A DNA stretch of 64,000 nucleotides from Fonticula alba ATCC 38817 (GCA_000388065.2 KB932208.1); one strand, 5' to 3'. Counted from the first letter of the stretch, positions 1 through 13,330 are shown. The notes: generated from the letters alone by a model not told the origin. Numbers and translations: made by a program.

Positions 1-3000
1 CTAAGCAGAGAAGGTCTCGCAGTACCGAGAGGGGCGGTGCATGCCTGGCAGCATGTCGCATGGCACCTGTCCCGGCACCCAATCCACCGAGTGCTCGGCC
101 TCCTGCCCGGGGGTCCTGCTGCTCACGCCGGCCGGTCCGTCGCCCATGCGCCGCGAGGCATCCCGGGCCGGCGGTGCGCGATGACCCCTTCGCCGCGCCC
201 TGCCCCGGCCGCAGCGACGGCAAGCCCGGCTCACCCCATCATCGGGGGCCCCTGCAAGCTTGTCGCCGCGTCCCGAGGGAGCCGCCACAGCCTCGCCACA
301 TGGTACAGCCCTCCGGCCGGGGGTGCCCTCCAACGTAACGTCCCACGCATGCCAAATCGGGCGCCCGCACCCAGCGATGCCTGCGTGCCTGACTTCCCCG
401 GCGACGAAGCGCCCGCCGACGGCTCTACGCGGGGATCTCGGCCACCCGGGTGCTGGTGGTGGACCGCTCATGCCCCGGCAGGGTCCCCCGATCACCGACA
501 TGCCTGCTGCCACACACCCACACTCCAACCCAACACCTTGAGCACTGGTGGTGACCCGCGCACCCCCCCCCCCNNNNNNNNNNNNNNNNNNNNNNNNNNN
601 NNNNNNNNNNNNNNNNNNNNNNNNNNNNNNNNNNNNNNNNNNNNNNNNNNNNNNNNNNNNNNNNNNNNNNNNNNNNNNNNNNNNNNNNNNNNNNNNNNNN
701 NNNNNNNNNNNNNNNNNNNNNNNNNNNNNNNNNNNNNNNNNNNNNNNNNNNNNNNNNNNNNNNNNNNNNNNNNNNNNNNNNNNNNNNNNNNNNNNNNNNN
801 NNNNNNNNNNNNNNNNNNNNNNNNNNNNNNNNNNNNNNNNNNNNNNNNNNNNNNNNNNNNNNNNNNNNNNNNNNNNNNNNNNNNNNNNNNNNNNNNNNNN
901 NNNNNNNNNNNNNNNNNNNNNNNNNNNNNNNNNNNNNNNNNNNNNNNNNNNNNNNNNNNNNNNNNNNNNNNCCCCCCCCCCCTCCGGCAGCACCCACCCA
1001 TCGCGTCGCCCCGGCTGGATGGACGTCGCTCCGAGGAATCGAGCACACACATGTGACCATGGCTTCAGGACTGTGGGTGGTTTTGGGCCCCTCGCCCCAC
1101 GTCCACGGCATCTGTCGACTGCTCAACGGCCAGCCCCCACCTCACACAAACACACGCACATGTGGCGGATGATCCGCCCACCAGAGACACCGCACAAAGG
1201 CAGACCGACCCCTGCCACGCGAGACCCATCGCATGGCGAAGCGAACATGCGCCGGCCAGCATATCCCAACCGGATCCCCGGCCATGGCCGCTCCTGTGTG
1301 GTCCACGCCCCGCCCGAGCGGCCCACAGGACATACCGGCGCCAGCGGCGCACACGGTGCCCGGCACCGAGGCCAGTTCCGGTGCCACATCCATGCACTCG
1401 GCCGCAGCCGGGCCCTCATGCCCAAGCCCAGCCGGTTGTCGGGGGGCCGATGTTCTGCCTCTTGACACAGGCATCCCCCGGGGCCGGGTGTGTTTGCCCC
1501 GCATGCCGCCCTCAGCTTCACTCGGGCACCGCCGTCAGGCAGAGTGTCGTGACTCGACCACGGCGCACATGCCCTCCACGCAAGCAGGCGCTCCCTGGGC
1601 GTCGCGGCCGGCCACACCGCCGCGACGGCAGACAGAACGCCACAGGGCCTGACACAGAGGAGTGGCATCTCGCCTCGGCGACTCGCACCGAGCGCCCCGT
1701 GCACCGCCACACCAGGGTCGTCGAGGCACCCCCCCCCCTGTCTGGACCATACATGCCGCGCCCGGGCGGGCTCATAGCCGGCACCCCTTCGCGCGATGGC
1801 CCCCGAGCCAGCCGCCTACCGACGCCGCGGCGCGCCATGCACGCCCATGTGCCCAGATGAATGGACCGCCGCGCGAATGCCCCCCCCCTCCTCCCCATGG
1901 TGATGCATGTGCCCAGTAGGACGCACACCTACGCGCTCCCGTGTGCAGCCACATCCAAGCACACCCAGGCAAACATGACAAAGCCAACAAAACCCCACAC
2001 GGCAGCAACTTCCCCTGGGCCCGGCCAGCGCTCAGGTGACCACGCCCCCAGCCGACAGCGCCATGTCCCAGGATGAGCATCCGCGAGGCTGCTCCCGTGC
2101 TTGTTGGCCTGTCACCCACGGAGCACGTCCCTCGACATGTGGCACGGAGGCCCCCTCAGTGGTGTCTGCCACGCGTGCCGCCCGCACATCACTGCCAGGC
2201 TGGTCGACTCCACCGCCAGGACCTCGCAGCACCCAAGCCATGGGCTATGGTCCCACACCAAAGCATCGAAGGAAGTACATACTACGCGCGGCCGGATGGA
2301 GGAACTTGGCGATGCGCCTCCTTCTGAGTGTACTCGCAGGCACACACACACACACGCACATGTATCTCCCTCGGGTGGAAGGCGTCTCTTTTCGGTGCGC
2401 GCAGGACACCGGGCGATGCACGTCGGCCCTGCTCTTGGCGAGCGAGCGTGCGTGCGCGCCGTGCCAAAAGAGCAGGCCCGCACGTTCACTCGCTGAGGGG
2501 CCCTGGGCAGGCGGGAGAGCAGTGGGCAGCGCCCCAGGCCACCGCCGCCACGCTTCCCCTCTACCAGGGATCAGCGAAAGCGGAGGTCAAATGGCCGGTT
2601 GCTGCTCGGGGAACAGGCCACCGGACATGCCTTGTTCAGCCGGCGAAGTGGCACGCGGGGACACCCCCCTCCGGCGGGAGCAGTCGTCTCTACTCACGCA
2701 GAAAGAGCGCAGCGCGAAGTCCCGGCTCTCAGTTGGCCCCAGGGCACCACTGTGCACACTGTCCCCCTGCCCCCTCCATCCTCTTGTCCCGTGCCAGTGC
2801 GATACCCAGCACGCCGGATTCAATTCGATGTTTCAGATCCATCACCCGCCGCAGGCATGAACCCATACCCGGCCGGCAGATACACGACTCGTCGGCCGCC
2901 TCTCCTTCCACGGGCACACCCGTATGCAGGGTCCCAGTGGGGAAAGCACATGACCCCCCCCCCCCCCCCCGTTGACAATACTGGGGACCATGCCCGGAGG

Positions 3001-3274
3001 AAGAACGCCGGGGGACGCGGCCACAACCACTCGCTCTCGCATCTGACCGCGGCACAAGGAAGCTTCACAGAAGGACGCGATCTGCCACCCCCTGCTGAGG
3101 ACCTCATGGGCCAGTGCCACAGCGAAAAAAAAAAAGAAGGAGGGGGACCTTCTCTCGAGTGTCCCCCGGCATGCAGAGATATCCAACGCGTCATGTCTGC
3201 CTGTCCGGTCGGCTCGGTGGTCGTGGTTCTGGATTAGCCTCCATACTCGTCATTGGGCACACCATCATCCCCCC

Positions 3275-4760
3275 CTAAGCAGAGAAGGTCTCGCAGTACC
3301 GAGAGGGGGAAAATGGAACGGCCAACCACTCGCAGCAACTTACCGCGGCAACATCTCCCCGTCTTCCGGCAAACGGCCTGGAGTGATGTGAGGGCTTCAC
3401 CGAAAAAAAAAAGGAGCACACACGAAGTCCCGGTGGACCCGGCTGTGTCCACAAATGGGGAGAGGGCAATCTGTTCACCGCCTCCCGGGGTCGGGAAATC
3501 TCCGAAACCACAGATCACCCTCAACCCCACCAGGGGGCCAGGGTGGATGGTCGGCTCCTGACAACAGGCCAAAACACCGAGCGGGAATGCAGCACTCCAA
3601 GATTGGGGGGCAGCCACCAAGCATGAGGGGGGCCCTCACAGGCACGCCCTCGTGCGACAAAGAGGCAAAAACACCCGGCCGGCTGAACGGACGGCCATGC
3701 CGCGAGAGAGGGCACAATGGAGCATGTCAGACACGAGCGGCCGCACCCACACGCACACATCCACATCGAGAGGGAGAGTAAGTGCCAAGCTTTCATCAAG
3801 ATCCGCATGTGTGCATCGACAGGATGCTCTCCCTCCAAACATGGGGTCCCGGCGACGCCGGCGACGCAAACATCGCGTCCGCTCTCGCACCTCGCCTGTG
3901 TCGCCGGCCAACTCCACTCGGCGCGTCTCCCACAGGGAGAGGCAGGCATCCCTCATCGCGCAGATGTGTGTATATATGCGTGTGTGTGTGTGTGTGTGCT
4001 CCCAAGGAGCCAATTATCCCACGAATGGGGGAGAAGAGCCGGAGAAAAATCACACACGCACACGCACAGACAGACAGACTCAACCACGAGACCGAGGAGA
4101 GACAAGGGCCCCCGCACGGTGCAGGCACATGCCGAATCGCTCCCGAGCACGCCGGGAGGAGGGAGAGACCGGACTCCATGGTCGTATGCGCCGGTCGCGA
4201 GCCAGCAGGCAGGCTACCCCGGCCAGGCTCTGGCCAGCCATCCACCCGGAACCGGGGCACGGTCGTTTGGCCCGATGCCGCGACCGGGGCCAGCTCGACC
4301 AGTAGCCGAGGGGTTCGCCATACGCACGCCCGTTCGCGGACAGCCCACAGAGCGGACGCGGGGCAGGAACAAGAGGGCCAATGGAGGAGTGGCGCAGGGC
4401 AGGAGCAACGGGGGAGATAGAAGCTGGATGCCTGCACCGGCCCCCCGCCGAGGGACCCACCACGACGGGACAAAAATCCCCAACGCCGGGAGTAAGACTT
4501 CCCCTCCCCTGGGAGTACGCACATAGGTGGGACGAGGGGAAGGGGAAGACATACATGCAGGCACTCAGGCACCCACCCACACGCACACACGCGCCGTGCG
4601 CTCGCAGAAATGACCAGCCAGTAAACGTGGCAGGTCAATTCACCAGCCCAGGCGTCATGCCCTACGGCACACCTGAAGTGGAATCCCCATGTAAACGATA
4701 GATTAAGTAACACGTGAGATCAATTGCCACACGTGCTACATCTTGGGAATTATAATATCT
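3275..4760 (-). pseudogene. Diverged segmental repeat, copy 1; probable decayed gene for a secreted or membrane protein
   Basis: Collinear anchors with 8550-9800 (CAACCACTCGCA..GGCAACAT.TCCCCGTCTTCCGGCAAA; GTGTCC.CAAATGGG; ACCCGGAACCGG; GGGCCAGCTCGACC; AATTATAAT). The minus strand has a hydrophobic signal-like stretch (LLSPPLLLPCATPPLALLFL). Bases 3275-3308 are identical to 1-34. Confidence 0.5.
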
Positions 4761-6130
4761 CAGAACAGCATCCCTCTGAGAGGAATGCGGGGTAGGACAA
4801 TAGCCAGGCGACTGCCGAGGTCAAGCGACATGGGCGCTCGACCGAGGACGGAGACACGCGAGTGGGCGGGCCCAGTCGCGGGGTTCTCACTTCCAACCCC
4901 TGACCGAATCCAAAGGTCAAAAGGGGGACTCTCTTCGAGAGTCTCCTGAGAGCGAAGGCCATAGCAGCTGGGTGTCGAAGAGTATACGGAAGTATAGCCG
5001 AAGCACCAGAAAGGCCGACGAACACCTGTTCTAAGGTTTCCTCTCGAACCCATTTTAACATTCGAGTTCTTTTCTATTTTGCTTGCCACTAACTCGCCTC
5101 AAGCCGAGTTACTGACTCATCTGTTAACAGACGACCGTGAGCCGTTGGTTGGTATGTCTCGTCCTTCGTGCCAAGAGGTTACTAACCGGATGGCAGATCA
5201 CACCGGTACCCTTGTCAAGCTTCACTCACTTGACTTAGGCTTAACCCGTGTGAACCTTACTACAACACCATATCTAATATGTGATCAAAATCATTATCCA
5301 CATAACCCACAGGGACACTTCCCCCACAATGTGCCTGGGTTGGGCTTTTGGATCCTCCTCGAGGGCCACATCGCCCGCCGGACACAGGCAGGAGAATGGC
5401 CTTCTTTCCTGCGTTTCCCGCCCGGCGAACCAAATTTCCTCCGGCCTCTACTTCGGTAGCCACTTTCTCTTCTACGGACATCGGCTAAGGCCGCCAAGTT
5501 AAGTGCTCTCGAGCGCGATGGTAGCCGCGTGGCCTCCCGGCCGTCCCGTTTTCCCCGGTGCGTGCGCACGCTTCTCGTGTGCGCCGCGGCTGTTCGCCAG
5601 CTAGCTGTTCTTTTGCTTTCAAGCATGTTCGAAAATGGTCTGCTTCCCCTCGACCAAGCGGTGCTCGCGGGGGCTGACCGAGGGTTCAGGGGGTGACCTT
5701 CGACCCTTGTTCGAGGTTATGCGATCCCGGTCATTGCCGGCTATTGGCCACACCCAGCAGGGCCCCCCCCCCCTCTGCACCTCCATCGTAAGGCTGCCTC
5801 TCGGGCGTCTCTCAAAATAGTAACGGTTTCCAAGACCTTCGTCGCGACTCGCCCCTCTGTGTCCCGCCGCCCCCCAGCGCCCCCGAACTCCACTAAACCG
5901 GGCTCCTGGGTGCAGACGATGCCTATTACGCAAGGCTGGGCGGATGCGCTGGTCCGCCAGCACCCGTTACCCCAGTCATGAAGCCGCAAGGCAGTACTTC
6001 TGAAAAAAGAAGAGAGATGAGGTGTCCCTTTGGGTCTGGAGTGGGATAATTCCGAAGCCCACCCCAGCGGTGAAGTTCGGGGAGTCGCCTGAAAAAACTC
6101 ATTTATGGGCTTTTTATAGTCCGCTCCACA
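4680..6130. other. Lower-GC island, possibly a decayed mobile element
   Basis: Visibly lower GC than the flanks. One plus-strand frame (about 4998-5697) is broken by a single stop. The minus strand has a basic gag-like stretch ending in CPCGLCG, but no RT, integrase or recombinase motif was found. Confidence 0.25.
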
Positions 6131-8549
6131 GTGAGTCCTCCGTGGCGACTGTGTTGGGCGCGAAATCATAGCAAAGCTGGGCGAGACCCCCTCGTTCTCG
6201 TTGCCAACCGACCGCCGCCGCCAGCCGCCCTCCTCCACCACCCACACCCATGTGGGGAGCGCACTCGAACGAGGCCGGTTATGGCCCGGTCTCTTCAATC
6301 CGCCTGGAGGATGCCCCCGGCCGCCCCCCCCCCCCCCCCCAGCGTGGACTCCCTCAGTGGTGCAGGCTAGTCGGCCCGGCGAGGAGAGTACGCTTGAATT
6401 CTGTGTGTCTGTGTGGGTGCTCACGGCCGACACCCGGCGTATCGGGGCCGAGGCGCTGCGAGCCCGAATGTCACCCCCGGGAGTGGCCGCACCGCCACCG
6501 AAAGGAACTCTGCCACATGCTCGTTGTCATGACGTCGGACCGGGCCTGCACTGACCCGCCCCCCGCGCCACTATATAAGGAGCCCCCCCAAGCCCACCCT
6601 CATCCCAGGGATCCGCCCCCTTGAGGCTCCCCGTCCCTCTCAGAGTTCACCAGACTCCTTCCGTACGTCTTCACTTTTCGTGCCCTAAAGACATCTCCCG
6701 AACCCTCTCCTTCTTCCTCCGTCGTCATGTTTGCTGCTGCCCGTCACCGCCTTGGACACATGTTCATGCACCTCAGTGCGCCATTCCCACAGGCCACTCG
6801 AGCCTCACACGCCATCAATCCACGGCGGGACTCCGTTTCCACGCCTCGATGGCTCACGTGTGGATCTTCACCCAACACCCAGTGTGTGGGTGCAAGCACT
6901 CCCCACATCGACATGAGGGTAGGCAGCGGCAAATGCCGAGTTTTGCCTACCCCACTCTCGGGATCCCCTCACGGATCCCGTCACAAGCAAGCAGCATCCT
7001 CCAGGGCCCGTGTCATGATTGCCCTTATTGGCATCTTCGGGCCCTTGACCCTGACGATGGGCATTGTGTGTCATTTCACTGCCACACTTGCCCCCCGGAC
7101 GATGAATCTCGGAGAAGGACTTCGGCGACGTGCGACTGAGGACGATCAGACTGTGGTCAACTGTCTGCTTCTTGCTGGACACTAGCGTCGTCCAGTATTG
7201 ACGGTTGGTACAAACTGAAAGGGGACGCCAAAACCTAGCCACTGATTGACACATTAGAGTACGTATGCTGTCCGCGCCCCTCGCTCCCTCTTATCCCCAC
7301 ACACCCACTAACTCTCCTTCTTCTTGTGTGCTATTTGACTGCCGGCGTCTCTTAGATCGTCGTCGGTGGTTTGGGGAAGGTCCCTCCTGAATAATATGCA
7401 GATGCATATTCAGAGGGACGCGGCCCCCCAACTTAAAAATTGAATTCTTCACTCTCCGGGGGCGAGGCCAAGAGAGAGGGACAAGGCAGGCCGCTGGAGC
7501 GCATGTGCTCAACGGCAGAAACTCTCTCCCTCAGAGAGGGGAGGTGGCAACCACACGACGGGGGCGCCCTTGAGCAGCCTCAAAGAGGCCAAGTCGCCTC
7601 TTCAAGGGAGGGGGAGAGGGGAGGGGGGGGCCTCCTGAAAGCACTGTCGCCATTCGGGGAAGAGAGGACCCACGAGGCTGTGCGCCCTTGTGTGGCATAG
7701 GGCAGAGGAGAGGGGGCCCGGGGGTGCAGCTGTGTCCGGCCGGCCCAAGGGGCGAGGTTGGCGTGGCAAAGGGAACGTAGCATGTTCGGCACCACCGGAT
7801 CAGCGCCGCCGCGCACATCGGCCTACTCCCTGCCCCCCGTGCTGGAGCCAAGTCGTTGACCTGGGCCCACCGCAGGGGCGAGGGTGAGCGAGAGCCCCAT
7901 AGCCGGCCGCACCCTCTCGGAGAGACGAGGCGCGGCTTCCGGTGCCTGATGGCGAAGTCCCGGGGAAGTGTGTCCCGCACAAAAGAGTCCGAAGAAACGC
8001 CCCGGGCCACGGCGTGCAACCGAGGACGAGACCGAGGCGGGGAGGAGGGACAGGGCATGTATTGGGAAAATACAAATGGCTGGGGGCGGCGGGCTGAAGG
8101 AAAGGCCCCAAAAAGCCCCCGCTAACACCCAAAGACAGTCGGCAGGGGTGACGCCCTGCTAGAAAAAAAAATGCCACCCCGCACAGACAGAGGAAGAGCA
8201 GTTCGTAGAGGGAACCACCAGCCGGGCAAAGAGTACAGAAAACCGTAGCCGGGGCCCGCCATCAGACCACACAAGTCCAGCCGAACATCGACGCGAGTCC
8301 GGCTCCTGGCCTCGATGGAAAAACGGAAAGTGGCCTCGAGCATGCCTCCCCCCCTTCCCCCTCGCACACACCGAGACAACCAACGCGCCATGCCCAGGAG
8401 GAGAGATTTGACCGTGTCTGCCTGGAGAAATGCCCGCGGCCAGGGGGACCAGGGCTCCGAAGTGCCGACCTGCCCCGGCAGTCGGCGCGACGCGGGACTT
8501 GGCCTCCCCGGCTTACCATCCGAGGAAACCAATGCCCCGCGTGGAGGGG

Positions 8550-9800
8550 GGAGGAGGAAAGTGGAAATACCAACCACTCGCACGGCAACACGTCACGGCA
8601 ACATTTCCCCGTCTTCCGGCAAAAGGGCCCGCAGAGATGCGACGGCGTTGTAGAGAAGGCCCACATGGTGCCGGTTTCATGGGGTGGGCCTTACACAAAG
8701 TGCAGATGCCATCCCGGGTGTCCGCAAATGGGGGACGGTCAATCTGACTATGCCCCGTCCCCCACCCTCGGTGTGGAAAGCTCCGAGGCCGTGGACCAGC
8801 CAACCCATAGCTGGGAATTGGACTGACCGATCGCAGGTCGGAGCACCGAAAGAGACAATGCGACACCACGACCGGAGGACAGCCGCCAGGCAGAAAAAGA
8901 CCTCACGGGAACATCCTCCCAGAACAAAGAGAGGAAGACATCCGGCTGGCCGGGAGAGCAACAGGGGCTTCTCCTGCGCGCACGCCGACGCAGTGTCCTT
9001 CCTGCGGGTCCCTGGGTCCCTATCAGCAGAGATGACGCAGACACCACAAGAGAGAGAGAGAGAGAGAGAGAGAGGGCGCGAGGTGTCTGCATCCCTGACC
9101 GGCTCTACTCAATGGCCATCTCAGGGGGGGGGGGGGACCATCCCCCATCGTGCAATTGTACGTGTCTGCCCCCCCCCCCCCCCCTCACTTAGAGAGCCAA
9201 TCCCCCAGGGAGAGGAAAAGAAGGAGAGTCGGGGAAGCGACACATGCACTGGCTCGTCCAGCAGGCCGGCAAGAGGCACAGGGGCCCCCAAATGCTGCAG
9301 GGGAGTGCCGAGCTACTCCCAGCCAAGGCGGGAGAGGGAGATCAGAGAGTCACAAGAGAGACCAAGTACAGACCGTGGCCTGTTTCTCACCCGGCAGGAG
9401 CCAGCCTCGCGCAGCAGTGTACCCGGAACCGGAGCGCGGCCATCCGCCGGTCCTGCGACCCGGGCCAGCTCGACCGACGGGCGAGGGTATCCACATGCAC
9501 ATACGCCGATGCGCAGCAGAGGTAGAGGGAATGCGGGCAAGAGAAACCAGAGAAGCAAAATGCCCAAGAGAGCAGGCGAGCAATGGATAAAGGCCAAAGG
9601 AGGAGAAGGCTCTACTGTGCGGGAGGAGACCGCGTGCACAGGCACACCAAGCTCACACATCAATCCACACGCGACCACACAATTGGTCAGAGGGGGGGGG
9701 GGGGGGGAAATCCCCCGCAACACGGCGACCGGGATAAAGCCATCGAACTCAAGTTACTGCCGATGGATGCGCCCGCAAAGTAAAAAATTATAATGCATTT
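8550..9800 (-). pseudogene. Diverged segmental repeat, copy 2
   Basis: Homologous to 3310-4760. The minus strand encodes signal-like ALLGILLLWFLLPAFPLPLL and shares DGRAPVPG / NDRAPVPG with copy 1; no long intact reading frame. Confidence 0.5.
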
Positions 9801-11249
9801 TTACATATGACAAGAAACTTGCCAATACCCATGCATGACACACCCTGCCCATATGCTGGGTTCGGTGTCTATAAAGCACAGCTCGTGATATGACTTGTGA
9901 TTCAAGCGACTACGAATGCTTGGAAGGATGCCCCAGCCTAGGTGCATTAAAGGCTGCGGTCCTCAACCCCTCTATCGATGCTCCTGCATAGCTTCCTATT
10001 TTACATTCTCCCTTGTGTCCAGATGTTCACGCGGCTGCTCATTCACTCGTTGCCCCCCCACCCCCACCCCCAACGATCCCACCCAGGGGTCACAGCGCTG
10101 CGTTTCAATGTTCTGTGCATCGGGCGGCCCCGAGCCCAAAAGGGGGTGTGGGTCTTCCTCTCCCAATGCATGGCCTGCTTTTTCTTGATGTCTTTCCATG
10201 GGTCCCATCCTTTCTCCAGTGGATGTTGTATACTATACCCACCACCTCCCCCACCTTCATCCCGCATCCCGAGCCATTGCCACGACCAGCCATCGCCCAA
10301 CAGGGGGGTGGACAAGGCAAAAGGGGACACTAGCAAAAAAAAAATGTTTCCCTTCGCGCGAGGAAAGCAGCTACCCAAGCTTAGAGTTTGCTTTGCCACC
10401 CCTTCACTTGCTCTTCAGCTCCCGAGCTTATGTGTTACTACTCTCGGTCCGCGGACCCTATTAACTTCGGCCCGGCGCAGTGTGGCGGAGCTGCCCAGTG
10501 GCCGAAAACACCCCTGTTCGCTTGGCCCTGCGGTTGGTGATGGCTCATCAGCCGGCAAATATGCAGCCTCCTGGCTGGAGACCAGAAGGCTCACAGCCGC
10601 ATCACGGCAGGGCCACCCCCCCCCCCCCCCCCACACACACAGCCAGCACATGGCCAACCGAAGCATAGTATGCTTATCTCCTGGTGGAGCAGCTCCTCCC
10701 GGACGCGAAGAGGCGCCTCCCCCCTCCTTGACCATCTCGCCTGCCTGTGTTGCCATGCACCCGCCTGCGGCGACACCCAGACGGGCGAACTGTCGTGGTA
10801 CGGAAGAGGAGCCATGGCCCCACAGCCAGCGCAGCAAATGGCATACCACTTGATTCCGCACACTGCTGGGATTAGAAATCGCCATACCCACACTACAGTC
10901 GGCCTGCCCAAGGGGGGGGGGGGCTGCCCGCAAACTGCCCAGGTGGGGGTTGTTCACAAATGACAAGAACCGAGGAAAAGCCGGAAGTCGTGGTCAGGTT
11001 GCGGGGGGAGGCGTCAGGGGGAATGGTATTCTCTCTTCCCATTTGAACTGGATGCGGGCGATCTGCAATCGGGCAAATATGCCGACAACTCACAAGGCAC
11101 TGGATATGGCCCGGGTCATGCTTGAGGTATTCCCCGCAGCCGTCTTGCACGATGCTCCCGCAAAAGACACGGGTCCTTTCTCCCTGCCATTGCCGACGGA
11201 TGCTTGACTCACGCGCGCACAGGTGGAGCGGTCATAACACACACCAACA

Positions 11250-12560
11250 TCCCCCCTTAGTCGCATGACTACACCGCGAAAAAGAGCAAGCCAGGGGGGA
11301 GGCGGTAAAGTCCACAGCATGAAAGACGCCGTACTGCCCACATATGTGGCCTGGCGTCTCCGCGCGAAGGCAGGCATGCCGCCTACCGGACCATTCCTAC
11401 TCTCCAATACAAACATCTGCCCGGGGATACACCCAGCACGCGGGAATGGGCCCAGTCATATCGAGCCCAGATGGGCACCTGACGAACATCCGGCCACCGC
11501 AAGCAAGGACGCCCCTCCTCCAACGAAGCCTGTCGTGCCCCCGCCCAGCAGGAATTTAATCGACTTCTCCCGGAGGGCAGGTGCATATCATACCTTGCAA
11601 GCGCGTGTGGCATAGTCCCCTGAAACCCATCAACCAAACTGGGATAAGAGTGAGAGCGCATCCCGTTTAAGGATAAGAGAGAGAGTATTGGCCGTATTCA
11701 GCAAGGGGAAGGCGCTCAAGGGGGGCTGAAGATGATCATTAGCCGTCTAAGTATGGGGTCTTGAGTATTGTTCCTGAAGCTCGAGTATCCGACTTAATCA
11801 AACAGAGGGGCCAAGAAATGATGTCCACAAGGAGGAATAATGTTGGAATAAAAATGATGCATCCACGAACTCATACACGGCGTTTTATGGGCATCATCAC
11901 CTAATGATGAATTGTTCTTACTTTGCGCACTTTACTATGTCTAATAATTTCTATAACAACCTCGTGATGGTCCCTCATGGTCGCGGAGAGCCTGCCCCTA
12001 CTCCACCCGAACGAGGCTCAAGCCTTTTTGTGTCTCTCCTCGTAGAAATTGGCCCTGTGTCTCTTCACGCGGAGTGGACCTACCTGTTCAAGTGGCCGGG
12101 ACAGGCTCCTCCGCCGAGCAGTTTTCCTTTGTCCAGCCCTTGGGATATTAATATCTCATGGCATGGCCGCAACGTGTTTCTGCTCGGTACGGTTGGAGTT
12201 CGCACCGGAGATATTCCGGTGGACTCCATCCCTGCATCAGACTGGTTGTTTACCTTAGAAATGAAAAGACTAAACCAAAACCAAAATGAAAAACCAAAGA
12301 TCAGAAGACTGTCGGACTATTACCTGTGGCTCTCAAAACTAAGTAGTTGCCAAAAGAGTTAGTTCCAGTTACCTGATCACAGTGTATTCTACACTAAGCA
12401 AAATTACCATCATATATCACCAAAGGTGATATATAACTCCGTGCGGCAAAGTGATTAGCAAAAGAACGTTTCGAATTAGAATTGATGCAGACGACCTTGA
12501 GGCCTTTCTTAAAAATTGAAGCTTGTTTTTCCTTTTACGCTTTTTTTATAACTCTCTTTA
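11250..12560 (+). other. Lower-GC island with an unassigned 152-aa ORF (11904-12362) and broken coding-like frames
   Basis: Visibly AT-richer than the flanks. The ORF uses A/T-ending codons, unlike the host genes. The same frame continues past single stops. Confidence 0.35.
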
Positions 12561-12959
12561 TATTGACACCTTCGCGAGAGAGGGAGGGAGAGGGAGAGTT
12601 TTTTGCGCCACCGGGGGCGGGTTTTTTTTTTTGCAGAGACCCAGCCGCTTCAGTTGATGGGCGTCTAATTACTTGTTCTCTTTCCTGCGCCTCTCCCCTC
12701 TCCCCCCTGTTTCGTTCCCTTTCCTCTTCTTTTTCTTCTTCCCCATCAGAGTATATGTTTGGGGGGAGTCACATGCGAGAGAGGGGACAACCTTGACGTC
12801 GCCTGGGGAGACCTTTGCGCGTGAGGAGGTGTGATCTGCCAGGAGCCGATGTGACCGGTTCCGAGCACACACGGCTTGGCGGCCCTTTGTTGCCCATGAA
12901 TCTGCGTCTGCCTCTGCCTGCGGCGAAGACGGAGAAAGAGAGGGAGCAAGGACACTTCG

Positions 12960-13330
12960 GCTCTTGGAAGTACCTATAAGGGACACTGGTAAAGGTCGCC
13001 TTGAGCCAGCTGAAGCGTTCCGTCCCGAGAGGCTCACCAATCGGATGAAGGAACAAGCACAAAGAAGAGGGTAAAGCTGGCGGCCTGCATCTTCATGGTA
13101 GGGGAGTACATCAGGGTCTGAGCCACACCCCCCTTCCGGGGGGACCGACGTACGGAGACAGAGCAGCGGCAAGTCACACTCGCTGTCAAGAAAGTGACTA
13201 TCGAGGTGCTGACCCCTTGCAGGAGAGGCAGGAAAGGGGGGCCCTTATTTAGGGGGGTCCTGAAGAGGGGAGATACATGGGAAAGGAGAGACAAACGAGG
13301 TGCAACGAATCGCATCCAGAGAGGGGAAGG
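12960..13330 (-). repeat. TATA-bearing dispersed repeat, minus copy
   Basis: Reverse complement aligns with 14020-14360: CCTAAATAAGGGCCCCC vs CCTATATAAGGACCCCC; GTGTG.CTCAG.CCCTGATGTACTC; CCAGCTTT; CTCTCGGGACGGAAC. Confidence 0.75.

Noticed and set aside
574-971. ORFs spanning N-gaps (also 14653-15366, 16132-16278, 21895-21963, 47835-48032, 56991-57423, 63593-63653)
   Set aside because: ORF length is an artefact of Ns containing no stop codons.
2190-2327. Kinase-like words LHRQDLAAPK and GSTYYARPD in a short ORF
   Set aside because: The spacing is too short, there is no DFG, and the motifs are imperfect; likely chance.
12420-12520. MBD-like (YITPCGK) or excisionase-like (RIDADDLEAFL) words
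   Set aside because: The fragment is under 30 aa and needs a frameshift to extend; too little to name a domain.
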